64,000 nucleotides of DNA, taken from the NCBI GenBank assembly GCA_949284445.1, contig CASDVP010000003.1, positions 139,051 to 203,050 on the forward strand. Direction: 5' to 3'. This stretch comes from an uncultured Bacillota bacterium (GTDB taxonomy: Bacteria > Bacillota_I > Bacilli_A > RFN20 > CAG-288). Under the pieces are notes generated by a model. That model had not been told where the DNA came from. It made no database searches and saw nothing but the letters and a program-made list of their open reading frames with translations. The position numbers were made by a program, and so were the translations under genes. Positions 18,767-28,685 of this stretch are shown here, piece by piece (within the stretch, counting starts at the first letter, position 1; each line of letters begins with the position of its first letter).

Positions 18767-20467
18767 TTACATTTTATCTTCGCCAGAATAAGTGACGATG
18801 ACAGGAATGACCATCGGTGTGCGTTTAGCTTCACGATATAAGAAGTGCGATGTGATCGTCCTGACTGTCTGCTTGATATCAGAATAAGTGACTTTATTGC
18901 CTGAATGCATCAAACGATTGATCTCTAAGCCGATGACTTCGCTAGCTTTCTTTTGTAAAGCGCGTTTGTTAGATGAAATGAATCCTTTTGATTCAACTTT
19001 TGGTGTAGCTACTAACAAATTCTTTTTTGGATCGATAAGAACAAAGACCCCGATCATTCCCTCATTTATCAAAATAGAACGATCATGAATGACGGAATTA
19101 GATACACCGACTGAGCTCTTACCATCGATATAAATCGAATCAGCTTGAACCTGTCCACCGCGGATGACTTGATGATTGATAAGAGTCAAAACATCACCGT
19201 TTTCACAAACGAATGTGTGGTCATTAGGCATTCCGCATTCAACAGCGATTTTGGCATGAAGTTTCAACATACGATATTCGCCGTGCACTGGGAAGAAATA
19301 TTTAGGTCTAGCTAATTTTTGCATTAATCTCATCTCTTGTCTAGAAGCGTGACCTGAAGCATGTAAATTAGTCAAAACAGAATTGGTGACTACCGATGCT
19401 CCTAATCTAGTTAACTGGTTGATGACGGTGTTGATGGATGAAGTATTTCCAGGGATAACCGAAGAAGAAAAGACGATCGTATCACCTGGAAGCACATGGA
19501 TATAGCGATGATCACCACGAGCGATCCTAGCTAAAACAGCCATCGGTTCTCCTTGAGTACCAGTGCACAAAATACAGATCTCTTCTGGAGATAAATGCTT
19601 TAAGTCTTCAGGCGAAGCTAAATATTCATCTGGAACTTTGATATAGCCGAACTCTCTAGCGGCATCGACATTTGATTGCATAGAACGGCCAAAGATGATG
19701 ATCTTTCTTTTGAAGCGAATAGAAGTCTCAATTATCTGTTGAATACGAGAGATATTAGATGAAAAAGTAGAGATCAATAATCGACCGCTAGCTTCTGAGA
19801 AGACATCAGCGATGCCTTGAATAACTGTTCTCTCAGAAGGGGTGTATCCTTCTTTTTCCGCGTTTGTTGAATCAGCCATCAATAAATCGATGCCTTGGTC
19901 ACCAAACCTAGCCAGTTTTGATAAGTTGAAATCATTATCGACAGGTGTCAGATCGATTTTGAAATCACCGGTTTCCATGATGGTCCCTTGCGGTGTATGA
20001 ATATAAAGACCGAAGGAATCAGGAATAGAGTGAGTGACATGATAAAATTCAACCTTATAATCACCAGCAGTCACAATCGTATCTTCATTATATTGAACTA
20101 ACTTGGTGCTGGTTCTAATTTTATTATCACCTAATTTATGTCTGATCAAAGCACAAGCGATCTTAGGAGCATAGATGATCGGCACATCGATCTGTTGTAA
20201 TAAAAATGGGATGCCACCGATATGATCTTCATGACCATGAGTGATGATCAAGGCTTTGATCTTATGTTGATTTTCTTTTAAATGTGAAAAATCAGGTACG
20301 ACATAATCGACGCCAGGCATGCTGCTTTCAGGGAACATGACACCGCAATCGATGATCAGAATAGAATTATCATTCTCAATGCAATAAAGGTTTTTTCCAA
20401 CCTCTCCTAGTCCACCTAGAGCATAGACATGAACTGGTGAACTCAATGCCTCTTTAAAATTAGCCAT
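18767..20467 (-). CDS. rnj: Ribonuclease J
   Basis: Metallo-beta-lactamase motif HGHEDHIGG, beta-CASP region, 566 aa. The N-terminal VHVYALGGLGEVGKN is typical of RNase J. Confidence 0.85.
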   Translation of the reverse strand: MANFKEALSSPVHVYALGGLGEVGKNLYCIENDNSILIIDCGVMFPESSMPGVDYVVPDFSHLKENQHKIKALIITHGHEDHIGGIPFLLQQIDVPIIYAPKIACALIRHKLGDNKIRTSTKLVQYNEDTIVTAGDYKVEFYHVTHSIPDSFGLYIHTPQGTIMETGDFKIDLTPVDNDFNLSKLARFGDQGIDLLMADSTNAEKEGYTPSERTVIQGIADVFSEASGRLLISTFSSNISRIQQIIETSIRFKRKIIIFGRSMQSNVDAAREFGYIKVPDEYLASPEDLKHLSPEEICILCTGTQGEPMAVLARIARGDHRYIHVLPGDTIVFSSSVIPGNTSSINTVINQLTRLGASVVTNSVLTNLHASGHASRQEMRLMQKLARPKYFFPVHGEYRMLKLHAKIAVECGMPNDHTFVCENGDVLTLINHQVIRGGQVQADSIYIDGKSSVGVSNSVIHDRSILINEGMIGVFVLIDPKKNLLVATPKVESKGFISSNKRALQKKASEVIGLEINRLMHSGNKVTYSDIKQTVRTITSHFLYREAKRTPMVIPVIVTYSGEDKM

Positions 20468-20630
20468 TTACTAAACTCCTTAATAAGATGAATATAAATA
20501 AATATAATATAAATTAAAAAACATATTACGTCTGTTAAGACTATTCTAAAAAAGAACAAGACAAAATACAAGATAGTATTGAAAAAGCTTGCATAAATAC
20601 GAGCATTTTTAACGCGAATTGTTGATAAGA

Positions 20631-21176
20631 CTAAAGGGCGATGGCTGCTGGATCGACCAAGAAGGGATCCTTTTTGTTGATTCGATCTGTGTATAAAATG
20701 CCATCCAAATGATCGTATTCATGTTGAAAAACAATCGCTGGATATCCGGTCAATTTTAAAGTCACATCTTTATTAGAAACGACATCAAAAGCTTTGATAG
20801 TCACTTTATAATAACGGTAAACATAACCTGGAACATCTTGTGGAACAGATAAACATCCTTCACCAGTTTCTAGATAAGCTTTTTTAATAGACGTAGAAAT
20901 GATTTTGGGATTGACTAAGCCATATTCATAAGTCTTTTCATCATAATTAAAATAGATCGCATAAAATCTCTCTGAAACACCGATTTGAGGAGCAGCAATA
21001 CCAACACCAGGGCGGATGTTATATTTCTTCGCCATCTCATCATCTTGAGAAATCTTTAAATATTCGACCATATCAAGAATCATCTGTCTCTTTTCTTCTG
21101 AAAGAGGCATAGAAACTTCTTTAGCTTTTTCGAACAAAACAGGATCAGGAATCTTATGTATATTAAATAATTTCAT
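20631..21176 (-). CDS. def: Peptide deformylase
   Basis: Motifs GIAAPQIG, EGCLSVP and HEYDHLDG. Confidence 0.85.
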   Translation of the reverse strand: MKLFNIHKIPDPVLFEKAKEVSMPLSEEKRQMILDMVEYLKISQDDEMAKKYNIRPGVGIAAPQIGVSERFYAIYFNYDEKTYEYGLVNPKIISTSIKKAYLETGEGCLSVPQDVPGYVYRYYKVTIKAFDVVSNKDVTLKLTGYPAIVFQHEYDHLDGILYTDRINKKDPFLVDPAAIAL

Positions 21177-21227
21177 AGCTTTAATTTTATCACTTTTACC
21201 TAATAATTACAGCAAAGATGCTATAAT

Positions 21228-21554
21228 ATGTGCATGGATTCAGACACTTTTTATTTAGAAGAACTCGCCTTTATCGATGAGTTAAAATCATCTGATAATT
21301 ATTTGAAATTAAAGCGATTATCAAAAGAGATCGATGATGATATCACGCTAAATTCTTTAGCCAAAGAAAGAGATGAATGTTATCAACTAGCTAACGATGC
21401 TAAAGACGACAATAGGGCATTATTGATAAAGGCTAAAGAGCTTGATGACGAGTTAAAGCAACATCCGTTAGTGAAAGAATACTTAAAGCAATATCAAGAG
21501 ATAAAAGCTGTCTTAAAAATAATTGAAGAAGGGATCTTATTAAAATTAAAATGA
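21228..21554 (+). CDS. YlbF/YmcA-like (UPF0342) small regulatory protein
   Basis: About 108 aa helical protein directly upstream of rsmD-coaD, as ylbF-(ylbG)-ylbH-coaD is in Bacillus. A TATAAT box abuts the start codons (ATG 21228 / ATG 21234), so the start is uncertain and the transcript may be leaderless. Confidence 0.4.
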   Translation: MCMDSDTFYLEELAFIDELKSSDNYLKLKRLSKEIDDDITLNSLAKERDECYQLANDAKDDNRALLIKAKELDDELKQHPLVKEYLKQYQEIKAVLKIIEEGILLKLK

Positions 21555-22096
21555 TCAGGATTATCGCAGGAAAATATAAAGGTCGTTTCTTAAAAGTACC
21601 AGATAGCAAGGCGACAAGACCGACGATGGATAAAGTGAAACAAGCTTTATTTTCAGCTATCAAAGATAAGCCTTCTAACAGCATCTGTCTCGACTTGTTC
21701 GCGGGAAGTGGTTCTTTAGGAATAGAGGCTTTATCAAGAGGTGCTAAAAAAGTTTATTTCATCGATAAAAATTTTAAAACTTTTAAAACATTAAAAGAAA
21801 ATGTTTTGTCTGTAGAAAATGATGAAAGCAAATACGAAGTATTATGCACAGACTATCGTCTTTTCTTAAAAAAGCAACATGACTTAAAATTTGACCTAAT
21901 ATTTTTAGATCCGCCTTATCGCTATGATATAAATCAAAAAATAATCTCTTACTTAGCCTCATTCAACCTCTTGAACAAAGATTGTATGATCGTCTCCGAA
22001 CAAGATAACAAGAACGCAGAAATTCCAGGATTCAGTTTAAAAGATTATCGTTATGGTGAAAAATATGTAGGTCTATATACTTGGGAGAACGAATGA
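21551..22096 (+). CDS. rsmD: 16S rRNA (guanine966-N2)-methyltransferase RsmD
   Basis: SAM-binding LDLFAGSGSLGIEALSRGA and catalytic DLIFLDPPY. Confidence 0.8.
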   Translation: MIRIIAGKYKGRFLKVPDSKATRPTMDKVKQALFSAIKDKPSNSICLDLFAGSGSLGIEALSRGAKKVYFIDKNFKTFKTLKENVLSVENDESKYEVLCTDYRLFLKKQHDLKFDLIFLDPPYRYDINQKIISYLASFNLLNKDCMIVSEQDNKNAEIPGFSLKDYRYGEKYVGLYTWENE

Positions 22097-22593
22097 AAAT
22101 AGCATGCTATCCAGGATCTTTTGATCCGATCACCGTCGGACATATCGACGTCATCAAAAGAGCGAGAAAGATATTTGATAAAGTTATCGTTCTAGTCGCT
22201 GAAAACAGCGCTAAAAAGAATTCCTATTTCTTTGATTTAAACGAACGTGTACAATTAGCTAGAGAAGCTTTAAAAGGCATCGATGATGTCGAGGTGACAT
22301 CCACAGAAGGATTAGTCGTCATCAAAGCGCGTGAATTACACGCCCAGGCATTGATACGCGGTTTAAGAGCAGTCACCGACTATGAAGCTGAATATCAGAT
22401 GCACGAAGTGAATGAATACTTAGCTCCTGATATCGATATGGTTTATTTCATGGCGCATCGTGAACAAGCCTTTGTCTCTTCAACCAATATCAAAGAGATA
22501 TTTTTACAAGGTCAAAACATCGATTCTTTAGTTCCAGAAGTCGTCTTAAAAGCGATGCAAAAGAAAATTGAAAAGCGTCATACAAACCTTTAA
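22081..22593 (+). CDS. coaD: Phosphopantetheine adenylyltransferase
   Basis: YPGSFDPITVGHIDVIKRA (T/HxGH motif). About 170 aa. Confidence 0.85.
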   Translation: MGERMKIACYPGSFDPITVGHIDVIKRARKIFDKVIVLVAENSAKKNSYFFDLNERVQLAREALKGIDDVEVTSTEGLVVIKARELHAQALIRGLRAVTDYEAEYQMHEVNEYLAPDIDMVYFMAHREQAFVSSTNIKEIFLQGQNIDSLVPEVVLKAMQKKIEKRHTNL

Positions 22594-22609
22594 ACCAATT
22601 CTCTGAACA

Positions 22610-22656
22610 CAAAAAAAGACTATAGTCCAATCAAGGAGAGATAGTCTTTTTTATTT
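22610..22656. terminator. Bidirectional terminator after coaD
   Basis: AAAAAAAGACTATAG ... ATAGTCTTTTTTATTTT. The same 15-mer AAAAAAAGACTATAG recurs at about 45238. Confidence 0.55.
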
Positions 22657-22663
22657 TCAATTT

Positions 22664-23539
22664 TTAATTAGCTTTTTCAGAATAGACGACAAAGTTGAAG
22701 ATATCTAACATCTGTGAGTTCATGCCGGCTTGGCTAGTGTAGTTGAGATCCCCGATAGCTCCGCAGATGACCTTAGTAGGTTTAGTCATATCATATTCTT
22801 TCACATCTTTGTCTTTGGTATAGAGAACAAAAGTAGGAGTTGGAATAGTTCCAGAGCCAGAAGGAGAAGTCAAATCCATTTCGAATGTTGATTCAGTGAC
22901 TTCAGATACTTTATGAGCTTCATCTTGGCTGAGATAGGTGTCTTTTATAGATTGCATAATCTCATTTTGCTGTTCAAGAGAGATATTGTCATTATCATAA
23001 TCATTAGCAGAACCTTCAGCCTCAGTAGATTTAGAACTATCGCCAGGAACGAAGCTGACATCGATAGTGAACAAACGTAATCTGTTATTGATTCCATCTT
23101 CGTTATTGAATTGATTGAACCAAGTTTCTACATAGCTTTGAATAGAAGAGCAGTTATCGCAGTTAGCTTTGACAAACATGACGACAAACCCTTCTAAATC
23201 TTCAGAAACTAACTCACTATAATCATCAGATAAGTTTGGATCAGTATCTTTAATACCAGTTCCGACAACACCATTTGCTCTAGAGGGGTCATCACCAGCG
23301 ATCATTTTCTCAAAATCATCGAAAGTGATCTCTTTAGATTCATAGAAATGTGAAGTGTTTTTGTTGACTAAGTCAGTGATACCTTGAACGATATAAGGAA
23401 TTGAAACAACGATACCAACAACTAAACCGACGATCAATAAAACTTGAAGCCAAGCAGCACTTTTGAACCATTCCCAAGCGGCGGTTGCCTTTACTTTAAA
23501 TTTACTATTTTCTTTTTTAACTTCGGTCGAGCTCATCAA
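22664..23539 (-). CDS. Membrane-anchored protein with a thioredoxin-like CxxC motif, hypothetical
   Basis: N-terminal TM helix (WLQVLLIVGLVVGIVVSIPYIV), then FVVMFVKANCDNCSS (beta-strand plus CxxC) and TPTFVLY (cis-Pro-loop-like). Acidic low-complexity insert. Confidence 0.35.
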   Translation of the reverse strand: MMSSTEVKKENSKFKVKATAAWEWFKSAAWLQVLLIVGLVVGIVVSIPYIVQGITDLVNKNTSHFYESKEITFDDFEKMIAGDDPSRANGVVGTGIKDTDPNLSDDYSELVSEDLEGFVVMFVKANCDNCSSIQSYVETWFNQFNNEDGINNRLRLFTIDVSFVPGDSSKSTEAEGSANDYDNDNISLEQQNEIMQSIKDTYLSQDEAHKVSEVTESTFEMDLTSPSGSGTIPTPTFVLYTKDKDVKEYDMTKPTKVICGAIGDLNYTSQAGMNSQMLDIFNFVVYSEKAN

Positions 23540-23584
23540 CTTTCCCTCCGATCATAACAAGCATAAATTAACTTATAATAAAAA

Positions 23585-23658
23585 TGGTGCCCCGTGCCAG
23601 AATCGAACTAGCGATTGGTCCTTACCATGGACCCGTTATACCACTTAACTAACAGGGC
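23585..23658 (-). tRNA. tRNA-Thr (anticodon GGT), CCA encoded
   Basis: Minus strand GCCCTGTTAGTTAAGTGGTATAACGGGTCCATGGTAAGGACCAATCGCTAGTTCGATTCTGGCACGGGGCACCA. Anticodon stem GGTCC/GGACC with loop ATGGTAA, T-loop GTTCGATTC. Confidence 0.8.
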
Positions 23659-23664
23659 TTAGAC

Positions 23665-23693
23665 AGCGTTAAATAATATAGCTAATTAATAAT
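23665..23693 (-). promoter_or_regulatory. Near-consensus sigma-A promoter of tRNA-Thr (TTGACA-17 bp-TATATT)
   Basis: On the minus strand: TTGACA, a 17-nt spacer, then TATATT. The predicted TSS coincides with the tRNA 5' end. Confidence 0.55.
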
Positions 23694-23738
23694 ATATTGT
23701 CAAATAAAACAATAGTTTCTAATCAACTTTTTTTATTT

Positions 23739-25343
23739 TCAGCCCTTTAACGCCCTTTGGAATAGAGAAATCGAAGAAGGACGGATATATTTTATCTCTT
23801 TTGTCTCATATTTTAAAATATTAACTAATCCGATTTTTTCTGGATTCTTCTTCACATCCTTTTTTCTAGCTATCATCACTGTTCCGCTATCTAAGTGTGA
23901 GAGATACAAAGCTAATTCATAAGCGATATGTAAGACTTCTTCATCATCTTTACCAGCTAGAACCACGATATGGCTTCCTGGATAGTCTTTGACATGGATG
24001 AAAATATCATCTTTTTTCGCTATTTTGAAAGTTAAATCCTCATTTTGTAAACCGTTCATACCAAAGCCTATTTTTCCTTTAGGCAGCACTAAATAATGAG
24101 GATCATAAGTTCTTCTTTTACTGACTTCCTTAATAGTATGTCTACCTTGCTTTTCTTTGATATAACCTTCGTGTAATAGCTCGCTCTTAAGCTCTAATAA
24201 ATCTCTAGGGGAACCATCTTTGATCTCCATCAATTTTTTATCTAAATATTCAGCTTCATCACCAGCTTTGATTATCAAAGAAGAAAGTATTTCGATCGCT
24301 GATTTAGCTTTCTGATATTTCTTAAAATAAGAATTAGCATTTTGAGCAGCGCTGAACAATGGATTTAAAGGTATGTTATATCCATCTTTGATAAGAGCTT
24401 TATCACCTTTTTTAATATCGCCTTGATAAAGATAAATGATCTGACCATATTCCAAATATTTCAGATGATCTTTTGCAGACTCTAAATCTTTTTGCAGATT
24501 CTTTTGCTTTTTTTTGACAACTTTTATACTTTTTTCAATAAGAGATATCAATTCTTTTATCCGGTCTAATTTAGCTAACTTTTTCTGATCAGAAACTAAT
24601 TTCGAATAGATCTCACTAGGTTTAATCTTTTGTAATTTATCATCTGAAAAATGATAAGGTAAGATATCTTTGCCACATATATAAAGCTCATTTGATGACA
24701 TCATCTTATTTAAGATTTCTCTAAAAGGTTGAGTCTTTGCGTTTTCGACTAAATGTTTATAACAGGCGTTTGATAAAAAAGGTTTTATATCTTCGACGTC
24801 TTTTATGTCATTCAAATCAAGTTCACGGCTTGGCGGATAGGTATATGAAGCATTTCTAGTCAAGAAAATGCCTTTTTCTAGATTGGTTCTTTCTTTATAT
24901 AAAGAGATAATCTTTTCATATGGATAAGCGATCAAATATGCATTAGGATGATTTGGAAAGAGCTCAATGATGAGATCATATCCGGTGTTGAGCTCGCTTA
25001 AATCATTGTGATTGCTGTCAAAATTGATAGTGATGATTCTTTCACCAGCTAGCTTTTCGATACGATTGACTTTGGCATAAGTCAACTTCTTTAATGAATT
25101 AAAAAAAGGAGTGTTGTTATCTAATTTTTCATATCTATCAAACGAATAAGTTATAAATGGGCTTGTAGGATTGAGCGAGAAAATAAAGGTGCCATGCCTG
25201 AAAGTTCCATCCGCATTGTCAAACGAATATGGAAAAGCAAAATCGGTCGGAGTTATACATAATGGTTTCCCAAAAGTCGCACCATCAAGTTGGTTCTTTA
25301 GTTCATCAGTGATGATCTTTAAACTGAAGTTATCAAATGCCAT
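23739..25343 (-). CDS. rqcH: Ribosome quality-control factor RqcH (FbpA/NFACT family, Rqc2 homologue)
   Basis: 534 aa. N-terminal NFACT-N (MAFDNFSLKIITDELKNQL), central coiled coil, and C-terminal NFACT-R/DUF814 box (DIFIHVKDYPGSHIVV). Confidence 0.7.
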   Translation of the reverse strand: MAFDNFSLKIITDELKNQLDGATFGKPLCITPTDFAFPYSFDNADGTFRHGTFIFSLNPTSPFITYSFDRYEKLDNNTPFFNSLKKLTYAKVNRIEKLAGERIITINFDSNHNDLSELNTGYDLIIELFPNHPNAYLIAYPYEKIISLYKERTNLEKGIFLTRNASYTYPPSRELDLNDIKDVEDIKPFLSNACYKHLVENAKTQPFREILNKMMSSNELYICGKDILPYHFSDDKLQKIKPSEIYSKLVSDQKKLAKLDRIKELISLIEKSIKVVKKKQKNLQKDLESAKDHLKYLEYGQIIYLYQGDIKKGDKALIKDGYNIPLNPLFSAAQNANSYFKKYQKAKSAIEILSSLIIKAGDEAEYLDKKLMEIKDGSPRDLLELKSELLHEGYIKEKQGRHTIKEVSKRRTYDPHYLVLPKGKIGFGMNGLQNEDLTFKIAKKDDIFIHVKDYPGSHIVVLAGKDDEEVLHIAYELALYLSHLDSGTVMIARKKDVKKNPEKIGLVNILKYETKEIKYIRPSSISLFQRALKG

Positions 25344-25727
25344 ATTGTTTACCTAATTTGTATAATTTTATCATTATATTATCGATATAAAATGTTTTTT
25401 TTAAATTAGAAATTCTAATGATATCAAATATGTTGCTTTAGTTAAAACCTAAAATTTCGCACAGATTCTTTTATAGTTCCTACAAAAAGTAAAGTATCTC
25501 TGATATCAGTCTCTTCTCTGATGAGAACTCGTATTAAATGATGATTTAGGATTGTTAAAGTCACATATAAATTGCTTGTGTTTCTTAATTTAAAAGTGAT
25601 TATGCAACCATAAATTTATCTTATACTTTTTAAATATTTAATGTCCAAAATTTAGGACAACAGTTGATTGATAATTTTAAAAATCTATTCGAGAAGCTAA
25701 AATTATTAACGGAAGGGGACACACAGT

Positions 25728-27155
25728 ATGGCAAGTATCAATGTGATCATTAAAAATAAGAATATATTAGAATTAGCTGAAGATGCAAAAAGAGGAGATA
25801 TCATCGAATTAGACAAAATCACGAATATCGATCTTTCCTATATCAACAAATACATAGATGAGGCATTTCAAGAGGAATTGAATAAGAGAGTACAAGAAAA
25901 AGTTGAAGACGCTCTTAAGAATCAGAGAACTGAACTGGAATTGAAATATAGAGAAGAAAATAGAAAAATTAAAGAGAATTGCGAGTCTATAGTGCTTAAA
26001 TGCAAAGATGAAAACACTAAAAATTTAGCCATTAACAATGAAGCTCTTCATAAGAAAGATTTAGAGATAATCGAATTAAAGAATCAAATTTCATCATTCG
26101 AACAAAATCGTGATAAAGACATTGAGTTGATCAAAGCTAATCTTCAGAACGACTATGAAAAGCAACTGAATCAATTAAAAAATGATAATATGCTTCTAAC
26201 ACAACAAAATCAGTATCTCGAAAAAACTAATCGAATAGAAATCGATCAGATCAACATAAAAAATAATGCTGATAGAGAACATGCATTAAATGAATTAAGA
26301 AATCAATTAACCGCTGGCTTTAATGAAAAAGAAAAAGAATATCTCGATAAAATATCGGCATTAGAACGCCTGAAGTCTTCTTTAAATATCAAAAATATCG
26401 GCGAAGATTTAGAGACATGGTGTGATCGAGAAGTAAATAGTTATATGCAAAACGGATTTTTTAATTGCACATGGGAAAAGGATAATCTAGTTATCAAAAC
26501 TGATGATGAAAGCAAAGGTTCAAAAGCTGATTTTATCTTTAAAATCTTCTCAGATGAAACACATAAGGATTTATTAACTTCTATCTGTTTAGATATGAAA
26601 GATGAGAATCCTGATTCAAAAAACAAGAAAACTAATAAAGATTATTACTCCCAACTAGACAAGAACCGAAAGAAAAAAGAGTGCAAATATGCTGTTTTAG
26701 TCTCTAACTTAGAAGCAGATAAAACCAATGATATTCCGATTTTTAAAGTGAACGAATATCCCGATATGTATGTGGTTAGACCTGCATATTTGATGACTTT
26801 CTTAAACATGATCGTCTCACTCACTACTAGATTTTCAAAGCTGATTCTTGATAGTCAAAAAGAGCAGGAGAAATTCCAATCCTATACAGAATTAAAAGAG
26901 ACATTTGAAAGCATCAAATCAACCTATCTCGATAAGCCATTATCTTCCTTAAAAGATAAGATACAAAACATCAGAAAGCAGAACGAAGATATCCTTAAAG
27001 CCAATAAAGCGATCGGCGATGCCGTTTACAAAGCTAATCAAGCTATCAACGATATTGAAGACAAATATATCAATGACATTCAAAAAAAGTTAGAAAAATT
27101 CGACGTTAAAATACTCAAAGCCTATAAATCAGTTTCGTTAAACTATCAAAATTAA
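25728..27155 (+). CDS. Coiled-coil protein with a C-terminal DUF2130-like domain, hypothetical
   Basis: A long heptad-rich N-terminal two-thirds is followed by a conserved-looking C-terminal block (WCDREVNSY...KADFIFKIF...ICLDMKDEN...KYAVLVSNLEAD). Family assignment is from memory only. Confidence 0.35.
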   Translation: MASINVIIKNKNILELAEDAKRGDIIELDKITNIDLSYINKYIDEAFQEELNKRVQEKVEDALKNQRTELELKYREENRKIKENCESIVLKCKDENTKNLAINNEALHKKDLEIIELKNQISSFEQNRDKDIELIKANLQNDYEKQLNQLKNDNMLLTQQNQYLEKTNRIEIDQINIKNNADREHALNELRNQLTAGFNEKEKEYLDKISALERLKSSLNIKNIGEDLETWCDREVNSYMQNGFFNCTWEKDNLVIKTDDESKGSKADFIFKIFSDETHKDLLTSICLDMKDENPDSKNKKTNKDYYSQLDKNRKKKECKYAVLVSNLEADKTNDIPIFKVNEYPDMYVVRPAYLMTFLNMIVSLTTRFSKLILDSQKEQEKFQSYTELKETFESIKSTYLDKPLSSLKDKIQNIRKQNEDILKANKAIGDAVYKANQAINDIEDKYINDIQKKLEKFDVKILKAYKSVSLNYQN

Positions 27156-27358
27156 AATCAATAGAGCAATTTTCAATCATTATTTAAAGTGGAAGTTTTG
27201 AAATTAAATGTTTTTTGATGAATTCTAATTCATTTGAGAGTCAGAATATCCGACCAACTGTAAAAATAGAAAATCATTTAGCTATTCTTTAAAACGATTT
27301 CTATTCAATTAGAGGCTAAAAAAATACCAAACCTCAATAAGAGATTTGGTATCCTTAA

Positions 27359-27502
27359 TTAATCTAAAGCGTTTCCGCTAAAGATGGTTTCTATATAGCC
27401 ATTGATCAAGCCACGGAAGAATAAATCCTTGACTTGTGATTTGGCTTTTCTTTTGTTACTAAGATTTTTAGAATCTAAAACCTTATTCGAAAAGTTTTTC
27501 AT
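27359..27502 (-). CDS. Unannotated small protein (47 aa) with a complete expression cassette
   Basis: MKNFSNKVLDSKNLSNKRKAKSQVKDLFFRGLINGYIETIFSGNALD. An AGGAGGA RBS lies 7 nt upstream. A TTGAAA-17-TATACT promoter is at 27571..27599 on the minus strand. A rho-independent terminator (ATACCAAA..TTTGGTAT plus T7) lies 7 nt after the stop. Confidence 0.55.
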   Translation of the reverse strand: MKNFSNKVLDSKNLSNKRKAKSQVKDLFFRGLINGYIETIFSGNALD

Positions 27503-27570
27503 CTCGTAGTCCTCCTTTATAGATGTGCCATTCGTCTCGTCTCATATCAGCTCGAATAGAATGGAAAGTA

Positions 27571-27599
27571 AGTATAGTTAACAACTGCTCTTCTTTCAA
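27571..27599 (-). promoter_or_regulatory. Sigma-A type promoter (TTGAAA-17-TATACT) for the 47-aa small gene
   Basis: Read directly from the minus strand. Gives a leader of about 60 nt. Confidence 0.5.
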
Positions 27600-27898
27600 G
27601 TTAAAATTTATGAAAGCGGTTAACTTTTAAAAATCGAGCATAAATTAATAACCAAATGTTGTTTTCTTCAATAATATATGTGCTTTTTTGGAAGTTTAAA
27701 CTATATGTTGAGTTTCCATTTTAAAATATTCTTTAAAATTGGTAGGTAAATTCATAAAATCTCTAACAAAAACTAAACTTCAGCTATTCATTTATGGTAT
27801 TTAATAGAGTGAAAATTAACTTCTTCAAGCTTAATTAAGTTGAATAGTTTGTTTATTTTTGATAAAAAATAAATTGTATTCGAGGCTGAAAAGATAAC

Positions 27899-28624
27899 AT
27901 GAAAGAGACCGATGCTAAAGATGAGCAATTGAGCATTGATGAACAAAGAATGAAATTGCTCTTTGACACTCATACTATACAAATGCCTAAATTAAAAGGC
28001 TTAGTCATATACAAAGAAAAACCAGTTTATGATTTTTTTAAACGTTTTTTTGATATTTTTGTTTCTACAATATTCTTGATCTGTTTTTGTTGGTTATATT
28101 TGATCATCGCACTAGCCATCAAGATCTCCGATCGCGGCCCAGTCTTTTTTATTCAAACTCGTGTTGGTAAAAATGGTAAAAAATTTAAAATGTATAAATT
28201 CCGATCGATGGTTCCAAATGCTGATGTCAAAGTTGTAGAGCTCTTAGACAAAAACGAATCATCAGGTCCGCTATTCAAAATGAAAGACGACCCAAGAGTC
28301 ACTAAATTAGGTAAGTTTTTGCGCAAGACTTCATTAGATGAACTACCACAGCTTTTCAATGTCTTTCTCGGATCGATGTCTTTAGTAGGGCCTCGTCCAG
28401 CTTTACCAAGAGAAGTGACCCAGTACGATGAGGCTCAAACTGTTCGACTTTTAGTCAAACCGGGAATCACTTGTTTATGGCAGATATCTGGCCGTAGCAC
28501 CATCGGTTTTGATGGACAAGTTCAATTAGATAAAAGATATGTTGAAAAACGTAGCTTTTGGCTTGATATAAAGATTTTATTTTTGACCATCCCAGCTGTA
28601 TTTTCGCAAAAAGGAGCAGAATGA
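27899..28624 (+). CDS. Polyprenyl-phosphate sugar-1-phosphate transferase (bacterial sugar transferase, WbaP/CpsE C-terminal type)
   Basis: TM helix then PVFFIQTRVGKNGKKFKMYKFRSM ... DELPQLFNVFLGSMSLVGPRP, the conserved PF02397-type core. Confidence 0.8.
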   Translation: MKETDAKDEQLSIDEQRMKLLFDTHTIQMPKLKGLVIYKEKPVYDFFKRFFDIFVSTIFLICFCWLYLIIALAIKISDRGPVFFIQTRVGKNGKKFKMYKFRSMVPNADVKVVELLDKNESSGPLFKMKDDPRVTKLGKFLRKTSLDELPQLFNVFLGSMSLVGPRPALPREVTQYDEAQTVRLLVKPGITCLWQISGRSTIGFDGQVQLDKRYVEKRSFWLDIKILFLTIPAVFSQKGAE

Positions 28625-28685
28625 TTTTATCTTGAAAATGATGTATTAACATCATATTTTAAAAATAGCTAAAGGAATTTTATAT

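Noticed and set aside
28153-28655. Minus-strand ORFs 28153..28359 and 28467..28655
   Set aside because: They are antisense to the sugar transferase gene.
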